A stretch of 51,012 nucleotides of DNA from an uncultured Methanosarcinaceae archaeon (GTDB lineage Archaea > Halobacteriota > Methanosarcinia > Methanosarcinales > Methanosarcinaceae). The stretch is from contig CAVRJG010000070.1 of NCBI GenBank assembly GCA_963721455.1, positions 1 through 51,012 on the forward strand, read 5' to 3'. The notes beneath the pieces are model-generated. The model did not search any database, had not been told where the DNA came from, and saw only the letters and a list, made by a program, of their open reading frames with translations. Positions 1 through 9,055 of the stretch are shown in pieces. Position 1 is the stretch's first letter. Each line of letters starts with the position of its first letter. Position numbers and translations under genes: made by a program.

Positions 1-319
1 TCTTAGTTACACATCTTTATTTTTCATCCCACTAACAATTAATAGGATCTTCAAAGCTCAGATTTACTTCAGCGTATCATAGTTGCAATCAATCAAAAGC
101 ATGGAAATTAAACGTTCATACTACGGGTAAATATATAAAGCAAATAGAATAAAATTTCCTTACAATAACTAATTACAGAAAACGTGGACGATATAAGGTA
201 ATAAAGCAGTTTATTTAAAGGACGCTTCCTATAAGCCCATTTTTGCATTCTATTTCAGGCAGTACATCTATAATAGTACATCTGTAATTACTCACAGATT
301 GTATCTTATTCTGGTAAAG

Positions 320-478
320 ATGGAAGGCAAGAGCTTGAATTATACGGTTCTGATCGAGCAGGACGAAAACGGTACGCATATTGCCAAAGTTGCTGAAATC
401 TATCGTTGTTACACTCAGGGAAACACAGTTGAACAGGCTATGGGACGTGTAAAAGAAGCGATTCAGGTCTGTCTTTAA
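320..478 (+). pseudogene. hicB: HicB-family (UPF0150) antitoxin, truncated or orphan
   Basis: Manual translation MEGKSLNYTVLIEQDENGTHIAKVAEIYRCYTQGNTVEQAMGRVKEAIQVCL* matches the HicB N-terminal pattern (YTVxIExDE..G..A.VP...GCxTQGxTxEEA...KEAI). TAA at 476 is followed by GCT GAA GAA, suggesting a GAA>TAA nonsense change. No hicA seen nearby. Confidence 0.75.
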
Positions 479-773
479 GCTGAAGAATTTTGAGAGTTTT
501 TCTTTTTCATTTATTTTGCTTCCTTTCAGATAGTTTTTGGTTCATTTTACGGGCAGGTCAGCAGGCGGATATATGGTTGGCTTCTTCTTCCCGTGTATCC
601 TGGAAAAGCCGCGCTTCAGCGCGGAAAAGAACCCGTGAAGGCAACTAATAAGGCTGCTCAGGTTAGATTTTTTATCCCCTAAATTGACTACGTCTCCACC
701 CCGCAAACGATTACCTGCCGTGCCAGAGCAGATTCCCTGCACTTCCGTGCTTGCTTACAGGCGGGCTCCGGCT

Positions 774-1703
774 TTACTGCGGGTCCTCTGCAACGCGCAG
801 GACAATCTTTCCGCGTGCATGGCGGCTTTCGCTCATCTCATGAGCCTTTTGCGCATCTGTCAGAGGAAGTACAGTCGTCACGATCGGCTTAATTTGCTGC
901 TCGTCTATTATGGCTGCGATTTGAGCGAGTTCTCTCCCGTCAGGCCGGGTCATAAGAGTTTTTGCGCGTACTCCGTATTTTTCGGGATCTTCCTCGGGAA
1001 TGCTGGCTACAGTCGTTACCAGGAATCCGCCGGGTTTTAATACGCCCCAGGACCTCTCGAACGTATCTCCTCCTATCGTATCCAGCACTACATCCAGGTT
1101 GCTCACGACATCCTCAAACCGCTGGTTCTTGTAGTCTATAACCTCGTCAGCGCCTATGCTTTTCAAGAATTGGGCGTTTTCACTTGACGCAGTGCCGATG
1201 ACATAAGCTCCCTTCCATTTGGCGAACTGGACTGCAAAAGTCCCAACACCGCCGGCAGCGCCGTGAATTAGCACGGATTGCCCCTTCTCAAGTCCGGCAA
1301 TATCAAAGAGTGACTGCCAGGCAGCCAGTCCGGCAGTAGGAATTGCCGCGCTTTCAATAAATCCAATGCTTTTGGGTTTCTGCGCCACCTGTGTAGAATT
1401 GACAACAGTGTACTCGGCATATCCTCCCTGCCCTATAGAGACTTTAGCAAAGACCTTTTCCTCGGGCATGAAGAAAACTCCTCCCTGTCCCACAGCATCT
1501 ACAATACCTGCAACATCCAGTCCAACAGTCATTGGCAAGGGCAGTTCGCTTATATAGCCTCTGCGTATCTTCCAATCCAGAGGGTTGACTCCAGCTGCAA
1601 TAACTCTAATTCGAATCTCCCCCGGACCTGGCTGGGGCTCGTGGATGTCCTCATACTTCAGAACGTCTGGCCCCCCAAACTCATGAATTCTAATCGCTTT
1701 CAT
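774..1703 (-). CDS. NADPH:quinone reductase-like MDR oxidoreductase (Zn-independent)
   Basis: MKAIRIHEFGGPDVL N-terminus, GVNPLDWKIR, HGAAGGVG nucleotide-binding motif, C-terminal HARGKIVL. Confidence 0.9.
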   Translation of the reverse strand: MKAIRIHEFGGPDVLKYEDIHEPQPGPGEIRIRVIAAGVNPLDWKIRRGYISELPLPMTVGLDVAGIVDAVGQGGVFFMPEEKVFAKVSIGQGGYAEYTVVNSTQVAQKPKSIGFIESAAIPTAGLAAWQSLFDIAGLEKGQSVLIHGAAGGVGTFAVQFAKWKGAYVIGTASSENAQFLKSIGADEVIDYKNQRFEDVVSNLDVVLDTIGGDTFERSWGVLKPGGFLVTTVASIPEEDPEKYGVRAKTLMTRPDGRELAQIAAIIDEQQIKPIVTTVLPLTDAQKAHEMSESRHARGKIVLRVAEDPQ

Positions 1704-2781
1704 CTTTTCACCTCAAAAAAGCCTCTTTAACGAATTATATTTCATTAATTCCCTTAACGAGTTATGTCTCAATCTCCCTCGTTTTATCCCCTCAATATAA
1801 CGTCTGTGCCTTTACGTATCGCTGAACACCGAGAGTCTCCTACATAAGAGGTCCGTTCGAATGCGGTTTGGCACCACTGTGTCGATTATAATCCGTGTTT
1901 TAAACATGACGATAATTGTATAAATCGATTCTTATTCATTTTGATCTGAAAATCAATTAATCAGAGGTAGGTGCAGGAAAACAGATTCCCAATCCTGTAT
2001 GTATGCAGGAGTGGAATAAATTCTAAGTGTAAGTATGAAAAAAGTGTAAAGCTTGTAGACTTTCTAGGTTCTTCTGGTATATTTTCACCTATTTTTACTC
2101 AATACCCGGTCTCAGGTTGTAAAGATCCTAATGATTCAGCAAGAGCTAGGACGAAAGCAAAATTCACCATATTTGGCTGGATATCCCAGATTTCTGAAGT
2201 TATCAAAGTTAAATAATTCCGTCCCTGTAAATTTCCTCGTTGTTATTATGACTTATCTTTCTTTCTGTTACTGTAAGACATTTGATCCTTTAAGTTTCGA
2301 GTACTGGAAACATTATAGCTTTTTAGAGGCTATATATCCTGAAATTTTGCCTGCTCAGACTTACAGGGTTTCCACTGGCGGAGTTAACTTTAAATAACAG
2401 TATAATTTTTTATATATAGTTTCAGTTCCCAAATTTGAAAAAGTCCCTGGTGAAAAATGCTGTTCTCGAACTCTTTAAAGAGAGCGAGACCGCCAGGACA
2501 ATAAATCGGATAAGAATCAATATGAGAAATTATTGTTGAGTGTCTGGTTTTTTCCCGTCTTATTTTTAAAGACTGACCTCAAAGCCTGAAGTTTACAGAT
2601 ACGGGGGCAATTCCGCAAAATCCAATCTAATGGATCCAATCGATCTAATTTCAGTCCATTCGGGTTCCAGGCTGTCCTGTAATATCCCACAAAAGTTTCT
2701 CCATATCCGGTTATTAGCTCCGATAATTGCTATAAAAAAGAAACCGCGCTACTATCTCTAAATTTTAATACGGGGTTCACC

Positions 2782-5373
2782 ATGAGGCAAGTAAAAGAAA
2801 CATACATAATTGTTTTTTCAGTATTTCTCGCGTTTCATCTGATGACTGCAGGGAGTGCAGCAGCTATTGCAATTTCCGTAAATAACAGCACAGGCCAGGT
2901 TGCAAATTTTACCTCTATCCAGGCTGCCGTAAATGCTGCAAATCCAGGAGATGAGATTATTGTCAAACCCGGTACTTATGAGGAGAATATTAAGGTTACC
3001 AAGAGCCTGTCTATCGCTTCCGAATCCGGAAATTCCTCCGATACTATAGTCCGGGCAGCCGATAATTCTGAAGACGTTTTCGGTGTCTGGGCAAATGGCG
3101 TAAGCATTAAAGGCTTTAGCATAGAGGGATCAGTTTCCTCTGGAATCCGTTTTTTTGGAGTTGTTGATTGCCGTATTGAAAATAATGAATTGTCAAATAA
3201 CAGCTGCAGTATCGATCTATACATGATAAGTTCAGGCAACACTCTCAATAACAATGAAATTTCAGACAGTCTGACCGGCATTAGCCTTGGAGGCAGCTGG
3301 TATAATAATTTAAGTAATAATTCAATCTCAAATTGTAGTAATGGAATTTCACTTTTTGATTCCCCTAAGAATAAACTTGAAAATAATACAGTCTCAGAAA
3401 ACATAGAAGGTATCTCTCTCGCAGGCGAATCTAACGGCAATACCCTGGTGAATAATACTATAAACTTCAATGAGAAACTGGGGCTGCATATATACGAGAC
3501 TTCAAACAATCTGATTTATAATAACGACTTCAATAACACGCTAAATGTAGAATCCGAAATAGTTTCAGGCACAAATATCTGGAACACGACTAAAACCAAA
3601 GGTACTAACATAGCTGGCGGTTCTTACTTGGGCGGGAATCTCTGGGCAAAACCTGATGGTACTATATACCCTGGCGGATCGGGGGACATTAACCTTGACG
3701 GGATTCTTGATGCCCAGTATAATATTGAAGGCAGCCAATTAATAGATCAACTCCCCCTTAAAGAATTGAAACCAGTGACAATTACCGTAAGCAACAATAC
3801 AGGCCAGGTTGCGGATTTTACCTCGATCCAGGCTGCGGTAGACAATGCATTCCCTGGTGACATAATCCTTATTTCTCCGGGAATCTATGAGGAAAATATC
3901 GATATATACGTAACGAATTTAACTCTTGTCTCTGAATCTGGCAATCCTGCAGATACAATTGTCCAGGCGGTCAATAGGTTGGATGATGTTTTCTATATTA
4001 TTGCGGATGGGGTGGCAATTAGAGGGCTAAATATAGCAGGGCCTGTCAATTTCCCCAATGCATGCATCCGTCTTAATGGAGTTAAGTACTGCAATATCGA
4101 AAATAATCAACTATCTGACAGCTATAAAGGCACTATTCTAAACACTTCCGGTGGGAACAACTCGCTCACTGTCAACAATTCAATCTCAGATACAGGATTC
4201 GGAGTCCGTCTGGATTCTTCCAGCGGCAATGTGCTGAGCAATAATACTGTATCAGGTAATGGAACCTCTATTCTCCTGCGTAATTCCAGCGAAAATATAC
4301 TTGTCAATAACTCGGCATCAGGCAGTGACTATGGTATCTGGGTGGATTCTTCCAGCAATAATACGCTGGATGGGAATAACCTCTCGAACAATAAAGTCGG
4401 TATCTATCTGAAAATTTCCAGCGGAAACACGCTCAATAACAGTAAGGTATCAAACAATACCAACTCTGGCATCAATCTGTGGGATTCCGTCGGAAATGCA
4501 GTAAACGATTCCACGGCATCGAAAAACAGTATTTCTATCGTTCTGCATAATTCCAGCAAAAACCTGCTTAATAATAACACGGTGTCTGATAACGATTATG
4601 GTGTCTGGCTGTACTCTTCCAGCAATGATAATAAGCTGACTGATAACAGGGCATCAGATAACAGAGTCGGTATTTACATGAAGGCATCGAGTGGAAACGC
4701 TCTTACAGGCAATATTGCATTAAACAGCACCGGGCCCGGAATCCGTCTATGGGATTCTGTCGGAAACACATTGAACAGCAACATAGCTCTGAACAACGAC
4801 ATCTCTATCTTTTTGCAGAATTCCAGCAAAAACTCACTTCTTAATAACACGGCATCCGGCAACAGTTACGGTATGTGGCTCGGCTTTTCCAGTAATAATA
4901 ACCTGAGTGATAACAGGGCGTCAAATAGCAAATTTGGTATTTACTTGAAAAATTCCAGTAATAACAGGCTGTCAGGCAACTGGGCAAACTCGAACTCCAG
5001 GTACGGGATCTATCTAGGTTCTTCCAGGAATAATGTGTTGAATAATAACAGGGTTGTTTCAAATTCAGAATACGGTTTATACCTTCTGGGCTCAGGAAAT
5101 AACTCGATCTTCAATAATTACTTCAACAACACAAACAATATTTATTTCAAAGGTACCAACGCAGGTACCAGCTTGAATACAACCATAACCCAGGGAACGA
5201 ATATTATCGGTGGGTCCAACCTTGGTGGAAATTTCTGGGCTACACCAAATGGAGATGGATTCAGCCAGACCCGGGCAGATAAAAATGGCGATAGCATATG
5301 TGATTTAGCTTATGCTGTAAATAAAGAAAGTATTGATTATCTGCCTCTTGCAGGTTCTCGTACCACGAATTAA
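2782..5373 (+). CDS. Secreted cell-surface protein with tandem NosD/CASH right-handed beta-helix domains
   Basis: Signal peptide, two copies of FTSIQAAV..A.PGD.I...PG.YEENI, many Asn-rich GIxLxxSxxNxLxxN repeats, two GxNIxGGxxLGGNxW motifs. Confidence 0.88.
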   Translation: MRQVKETYIIVFSVFLAFHLMTAGSAAAIAISVNNSTGQVANFTSIQAAVNAANPGDEIIVKPGTYEENIKVTKSLSIASESGNSSDTIVRAADNSEDVFGVWANGVSIKGFSIEGSVSSGIRFFGVVDCRIENNELSNNSCSIDLYMISSGNTLNNNEISDSLTGISLGGSWYNNLSNNSISNCSNGISLFDSPKNKLENNTVSENIEGISLAGESNGNTLVNNTINFNEKLGLHIYETSNNLIYNNDFNNTLNVESEIVSGTNIWNTTKTKGTNIAGGSYLGGNLWAKPDGTIYPGGSGDINLDGILDAQYNIEGSQLIDQLPLKELKPVTITVSNNTGQVADFTSIQAAVDNAFPGDIILISPGIYEENIDIYVTNLTLVSESGNPADTIVQAVNRLDDVFYIIADGVAIRGLNIAGPVNFPNACIRLNGVKYCNIENNQLSDSYKGTILNTSGGNNSLTVNNSISDTGFGVRLDSSSGNVLSNNTVSGNGTSILLRNSSENILVNNSASGSDYGIWVDSSSNNTLDGNNLSNNKVGIYLKISSGNTLNNSKVSNNTNSGINLWDSVGNAVNDSTASKNSISIVLHNSSKNLLNNNTVSDNDYGVWLYSSSNDNKLTDNRASDNRVGIYMKASSGNALTGNIALNSTGPGIRLWDSVGNTLNSNIALNNDISIFLQNSSKNSLLNNTASGNSYGMWLGFSSNNNLSDNRASNSKFGIYLKNSSNNRLSGNWANSNSRYGIYLGSSRNNVLNNNRVVSNSEYGLYLLGSGNNSIFNNYFNNTNNIYFKGTNAGTSLNTTITQGTNIIGGSNLGGNFWATPNGDGFSQTRADKNGDSICDLAYAVNKESIDYLPLAGSRTTN

Positions 5374-5665
5374 TTTTGAGTGCTGCGAAAGGAACGTTTT
5401 CCTGACTGTCAGGCATAAGGGCAGCAGGAAATTTTCCTAACATGACCGAAAATCCCGGGATGTACAGCCATGTGAGAATGATTGGTTCCGCGCTGTAGGT
5501 TATTTGAAGGGAATTGATCCGGGACGACACAAAACTGCTTGAAGAGGATTGGAAGGCAAATTTAGAGCGTATCCTTCCAATCACCGGGTATGTGTGGGCA
5601 ATTGAGTTTGCCCTTGCAGCCCGGCTTTGCAAAAATCTGAAAAGAAGAGGAAATAATCAATCACT

Positions 5666-6214
5666 TTAAATTTTCTTTTTCGGGCTTTCTTCCAGGAACT
5701 TCTGGAGCCACACAACATCAAAATACTCTCCGAACTTTGTTCCGACAGCTTTAAACCTGCCGCATTCAACAAACCCATGTTTAAGGTGAAAATTCAGGCT
5801 GGATTCATTTTTCGAGGAGACATTTGCAAGGAGGTTTCTCATGTTCCTTTTTTGGGCTTCCTGGCACAGGGTATTCAGCAGCTTTTCTCCCAGTCCTTTT
5901 CTTGTATACTCTGGCAGTATAAAGTATGAGAGTACACCTGTATGCAGGAAATTACGGAAGGGAAAATAAGGTCTCAAGGTCCCGAAACCTGATACTTTAT
6001 TTTCTCCTTCGATCACATAAAAGGGAAATAGCACTTTTTTGTTCTGTCCAGTCTCATCACAGGAAGGCTGGAAAAAGTCCGGCCCAACAGGAGTTTCCAG
6101 ATAGGCTGCAAAACTGTTTTCAACGTAATAATTAAAGATTTCGAGCATTCCCTGAATGTCTTCCGATGTAGCCTCTCTTATCACAAAAGTTTTGAACTCA
6201 TCTCTTTCCTGCAT
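5666..6214 (-). CDS. GNAT N-acetyltransferase, phosphinothricin acetyltransferase/YncA-like
   Basis: IREAT..D....LEIFNYYV, RKGLG acetyl-CoA motif, NESSLNFHLKHGF, VGTKFGEYFDVVWLQK. Confidence 0.88.
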   Translation of the reverse strand: MQERDEFKTFVIREATSEDIQGMLEIFNYYVENSFAAYLETPVGPDFFQPSCDETGQNKKVLFPFYVIEGENKVSGFGTLRPYFPFRNFLHTGVLSYFILPEYTRKGLGEKLLNTLCQEAQKRNMRNLLANVSSKNESSLNFHLKHGFVECGRFKAVGTKFGEYFDVVWLQKFLEESPKKKI

Positions 6215-6462
6215 GTGCTATATAATCGGAACACAGCTATTTAAATTTTTTTAATCAGTGTGGGATGAACCCCTGTGAAACTGTTTTCTGCTCAAACCCT
6301 CTTATTTGTCATGATTTATATTTATAATTTATTTTCAATGAGAATATATTTATATACCCATGTTATTGTACTAATCTCTATATAAGTAATCCAATTCTAT
6401 GTTTCAGGCAGGGCTTTGATATTTTAATAGGGTATAAAAGTCCAAAATTCCGGAATGGTCAT

Positions 6463-7635
6463 GTGATTTATATGTCCCGTCCTGGTAATTCAGTCCTGAA
6501 AATAAAAAAAACAAGAGAAGATACCTTCTCAATGTACTTCTACAGAAGTGAAAAACAGATGTTCCTTGAACAAAACAAAATCGTAGAAAAAATTTGTGAA
6601 ATCCCGGTTACACTTGAAGATGTCTCCGAAAGCATCTTTGCAGGTGTAAGTACAAAAAACATTATGATGCATAGGCTTCTCTCTCCTGAGGAAGACGGTT
6701 CGGAATCATATTATCTTTGCGAAGGCCTGTGTAAACCTGTATTTTCAGAACCTGAAATTGTCTATCCATATGTATCAGGAGCATTTTCCAATCAATTTGC
6801 GTTTCGCCCTTCACCTTACCATTTTATGCTGCCTTATGAGCTGTCCTATGGGAGTAAAAAGAACGAATACAGAGTTATCCCTCCTGAAGACTTAAAGACC
6901 AGATTCCCTCTGGCTTACGGGAGAATTATGGAATTCAAAAATGAGTTTCGTCACGATACCTCCTCTATTAAAGCAGCAGATTATAGTATAATTGGAAGGA
7001 AACTCCTGGAATATCTTAACACTCCTAAAATCATTGCAACTGAAGGCTATCATCTACAGGCTGCATACGATGCTGCTGGAAACCATGTATTTAGAAATGG
7101 CTGCGGGATTGTTCTCAAAGACCCGAGTAAGTATCCTTATGTTACTGCAGTTCTTAACAGTCCGATTGCCAGACTCTTTCCCGCAGTGTGTAAGTCTGAA
7201 ATGCTCTTCTCGAGTTACACAGCTCCTACAGTCCTGAAACGTTTCCCAATCGTATTTCCGGATAACAGGCTAACCGAAGATCTCATAAATACTACTTTCA
7301 GTTACCTTGTGTTCCTCAACAGACAGAAATACGCAACCGATTATGGAGTTACGGACTGGCTTCAAGAGCTTGTAAGTTTCTATGAGCAGATCTCAAACCT
7401 TCTGGTCCTGGATACTTACTTCATAAACGACCTCGATCCAAAGCTTCGGGATGCCCTTGAAGAAAATATCCACCCCTATGCCGGAGATATGGACTCTGAA
7501 AACAGCGATAGCCTTCTGAGTGCACTATATTACATAAAAAAACAGATTCTTGAAGCCTCAAGTTCTGGAAAATACAAATTTAATATGGGGTTACCTGGAA
7601 TGTTCAGTTTCTCTCAGAGCAATGAAGAATTCTGA
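6463..7635 (+). CDS. Stand-alone protein resembling the C-terminal (TaqI-C/target recognition) half of type IIG restriction-modification enzymes
   Basis: LEDVSESIFAGVST, LPY....Y..IPPEDLKTRFPLAY, PKII, YVTAVLNS, LKRFPI motifs. No FxGxG or NPPY methyltransferase motifs. Confidence 0.55.
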   Translation: MIYMSRPGNSVLKIKKTREDTFSMYFYRSEKQMFLEQNKIVEKICEIPVTLEDVSESIFAGVSTKNIMMHRLLSPEEDGSESYYLCEGLCKPVFSEPEIVYPYVSGAFSNQFAFRPSPYHFMLPYELSYGSKKNEYRVIPPEDLKTRFPLAYGRIMEFKNEFRHDTSSIKAADYSIIGRKLLEYLNTPKIIATEGYHLQAAYDAAGNHVFRNGCGIVLKDPSKYPYVTAVLNSPIARLFPAVCKSEMLFSSYTAPTVLKRFPIVFPDNRLTEDLINTTFSYLVFLNRQKYATDYGVTDWLQELVSFYEQISNLLVLDTYFINDLDPKLRDALEENIHPYAGDMDSENSDSLLSALYYIKKQILEASSSGKYKFNMGLPGMFSFSQSNEEF

Positions 7636-7783
7636 GCAATCCTTTTTAATTTCATCTCAGAAAATGCCGGGTTTATTTTTTACCGCAATTCTTGAGTTTT
7701 TTAATCCTTCATTATTTTACATTTAGATTTTTATGAAAAATTTTATATATTTTGCCCTCCCCTACCCAACTGGATTAACAGTG

Positions 7784-7957
7784 CTCTCAGGGCAGAAAAG
7801 TTAGTTCTCCAGTAAAATCATTGAGACCGTGAAAGACAGCTTTCGGCTTTAAAAGGACTAATCTTCAGGGCTCCATGCTGCGGAGTTCTGGAAGTAAGTC
7901 CAGCGAGTAATTCCCTCCTTAATGCTTGAAAATTCTTGAAAAGAGCCGCCCTGAGAG
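7784..7957 (+). ncRNA. Candidate structured non-coding RNA
   Basis: Perfect 10-bp closing stem CTCTCAGGGC (7784-7793)/GCCCTGAGAG (7948-7957) encloses a long hairpin at 7855-7901. BRE/TATA-like GAAAAATTTTATATAT lies at about 7735-7750. Confidence 0.45.
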
Positions 7958-8080
7958 AATTTTAACCTTCACAGGACCGGAATTGAAATTTTTTGAAAAA
8001 ACATTATAATTACGTTCCAGTTCTGCAGGATTTTACTCTCCGAGAGCACCTTTCTGTTTCCCTCTTTCGCTTTTAACTCT

Positions 8081-8148
8081 AAGGCGGGAAGTCATCTTCC
8101 TCAAAATCCTGAGCCGTAAGGCGAAGAATTTAGGGAGGAGTTGTTCAC
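8081..8148 (+). mobile_element. Orphan IS200/IS605-type right end (hairpin + GTTCAC terminus)
   Basis: GGAAG..CTTCCT...GCC-GTAA-GGC...AGGGAGGAGTTGTTCAC. The architecture (GAAG, hairpin, GTxGTTCAC) matches the right end at 43390-43424. Confidence 0.5.
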
Positions 8149-8277
8149 AATAATGGGATCTGGCAAAGAGAAATCCTCCGAGGCTTCTTCTTCAGTAATT
8201 CCTTTTTTGAATCTGCTCAATTCATTAAACTTTATATTGTAGTTTTTCAATACTTATTCAATAGATAAAGGAGGTCT

Positions 8278-8757
8278 TTGATGTCTGAAGTTACTGTTGT
8301 CGAACTTAGTCCTCAGCTCGTGCTTGGAATGCGCAGGAAGGGGGCATACCGGGAAATTGCAGTAATGCTTCCCAGAGTTTTTGAATTTGCTTTCAGCAAA
8401 AATGTTCAGATTGCTGGCTATCCTGTTTTCCTATGCCATGAGATTACGCATGAAGAGGTTCAAAAGGCCGATAAAGACGAAAATGCCGATATTGAAGTTG
8501 CAGTGCCTATCTCAGGTAGCGTTGAAATCACGGGTAACGAGGAAATCCGGGAGTATGAACTTCCCGGAGGCAAGATGGCAAGGATTGTCCACAAGGGCCC
8601 TTACGAAGAGTGCAGCCCAACTTATGAAAAACTGTTCTCCTGGATTGCAGAAAAAGGAAAACGAATTGTTGGTCCTATTCGCGAGGTATACCTTAACGAC
8701 CCCAGGGAGGTTCCGCCTGAAGAGATACTAACTGAAATTTATGCGCCTCTGGATTAA
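8278..8757 (+). CDS. GyrI-like small-molecule/effector-binding domain protein
   Basis: LPGGKMARIVHKGPYEE, PIREVYLNDPREVPPEEILTEIYAP; RBS GGAGG upstream. Confidence 0.9.
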   Translation: MMSEVTVVELSPQLVLGMRRKGAYREIAVMLPRVFEFAFSKNVQIAGYPVFLCHEITHEEVQKADKDENADIEVAVPISGSVEITGNEEIREYELPGGKMARIVHKGPYEECSPTYEKLFSWIAEKGKRIVGPIREVYLNDPREVPPEEILTEIYAPLD

Positions 8758-9055
8758 TGCAGGAAACTTTTAAAGTTCTTTTCCTGCATACAATTTTATT
8801 CTTTTTCCTTAGGTTTTCTTACAGCTGCTCTTCTTCTCATATCAGATGCGATATGTTTTAACTTTTACATCAAAAAAGTTCTGTGTTCTTTCTAACTTAA
8901 CACATAAATTTATATACTTAGTATTTGTGTAATTATTACAACATTTAATGTTTTTTTAATTTTACTCCCCTGACTCTCCCTATTCATCTAATAGTAATTG
9001 AAAGAAGGAAGGTCGTCCTATCAGCCTGCAAATCCACGCTGCTGCATTTCCCTAT

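Noticed and set aside
600-645. CCGCGC-TTCA-GCGCGG hairpin downstream of the oxidoreductase gene
   Set aside because: A single short hairpin; terminator and repeat remnant cannot be told apart from the sequence alone.
1971-2397. Two short ORFs in the gap upstream of the NosD gene
   Set aside because: No RBS, motif or coding-like composition; probably non-coding.
5400-5665. Protein-like stretch between the NosD gene and the GNAT gene
   Set aside because: Interrupted by stops and no family recognised; it may be a pseudogene fragment but I cannot support a call.
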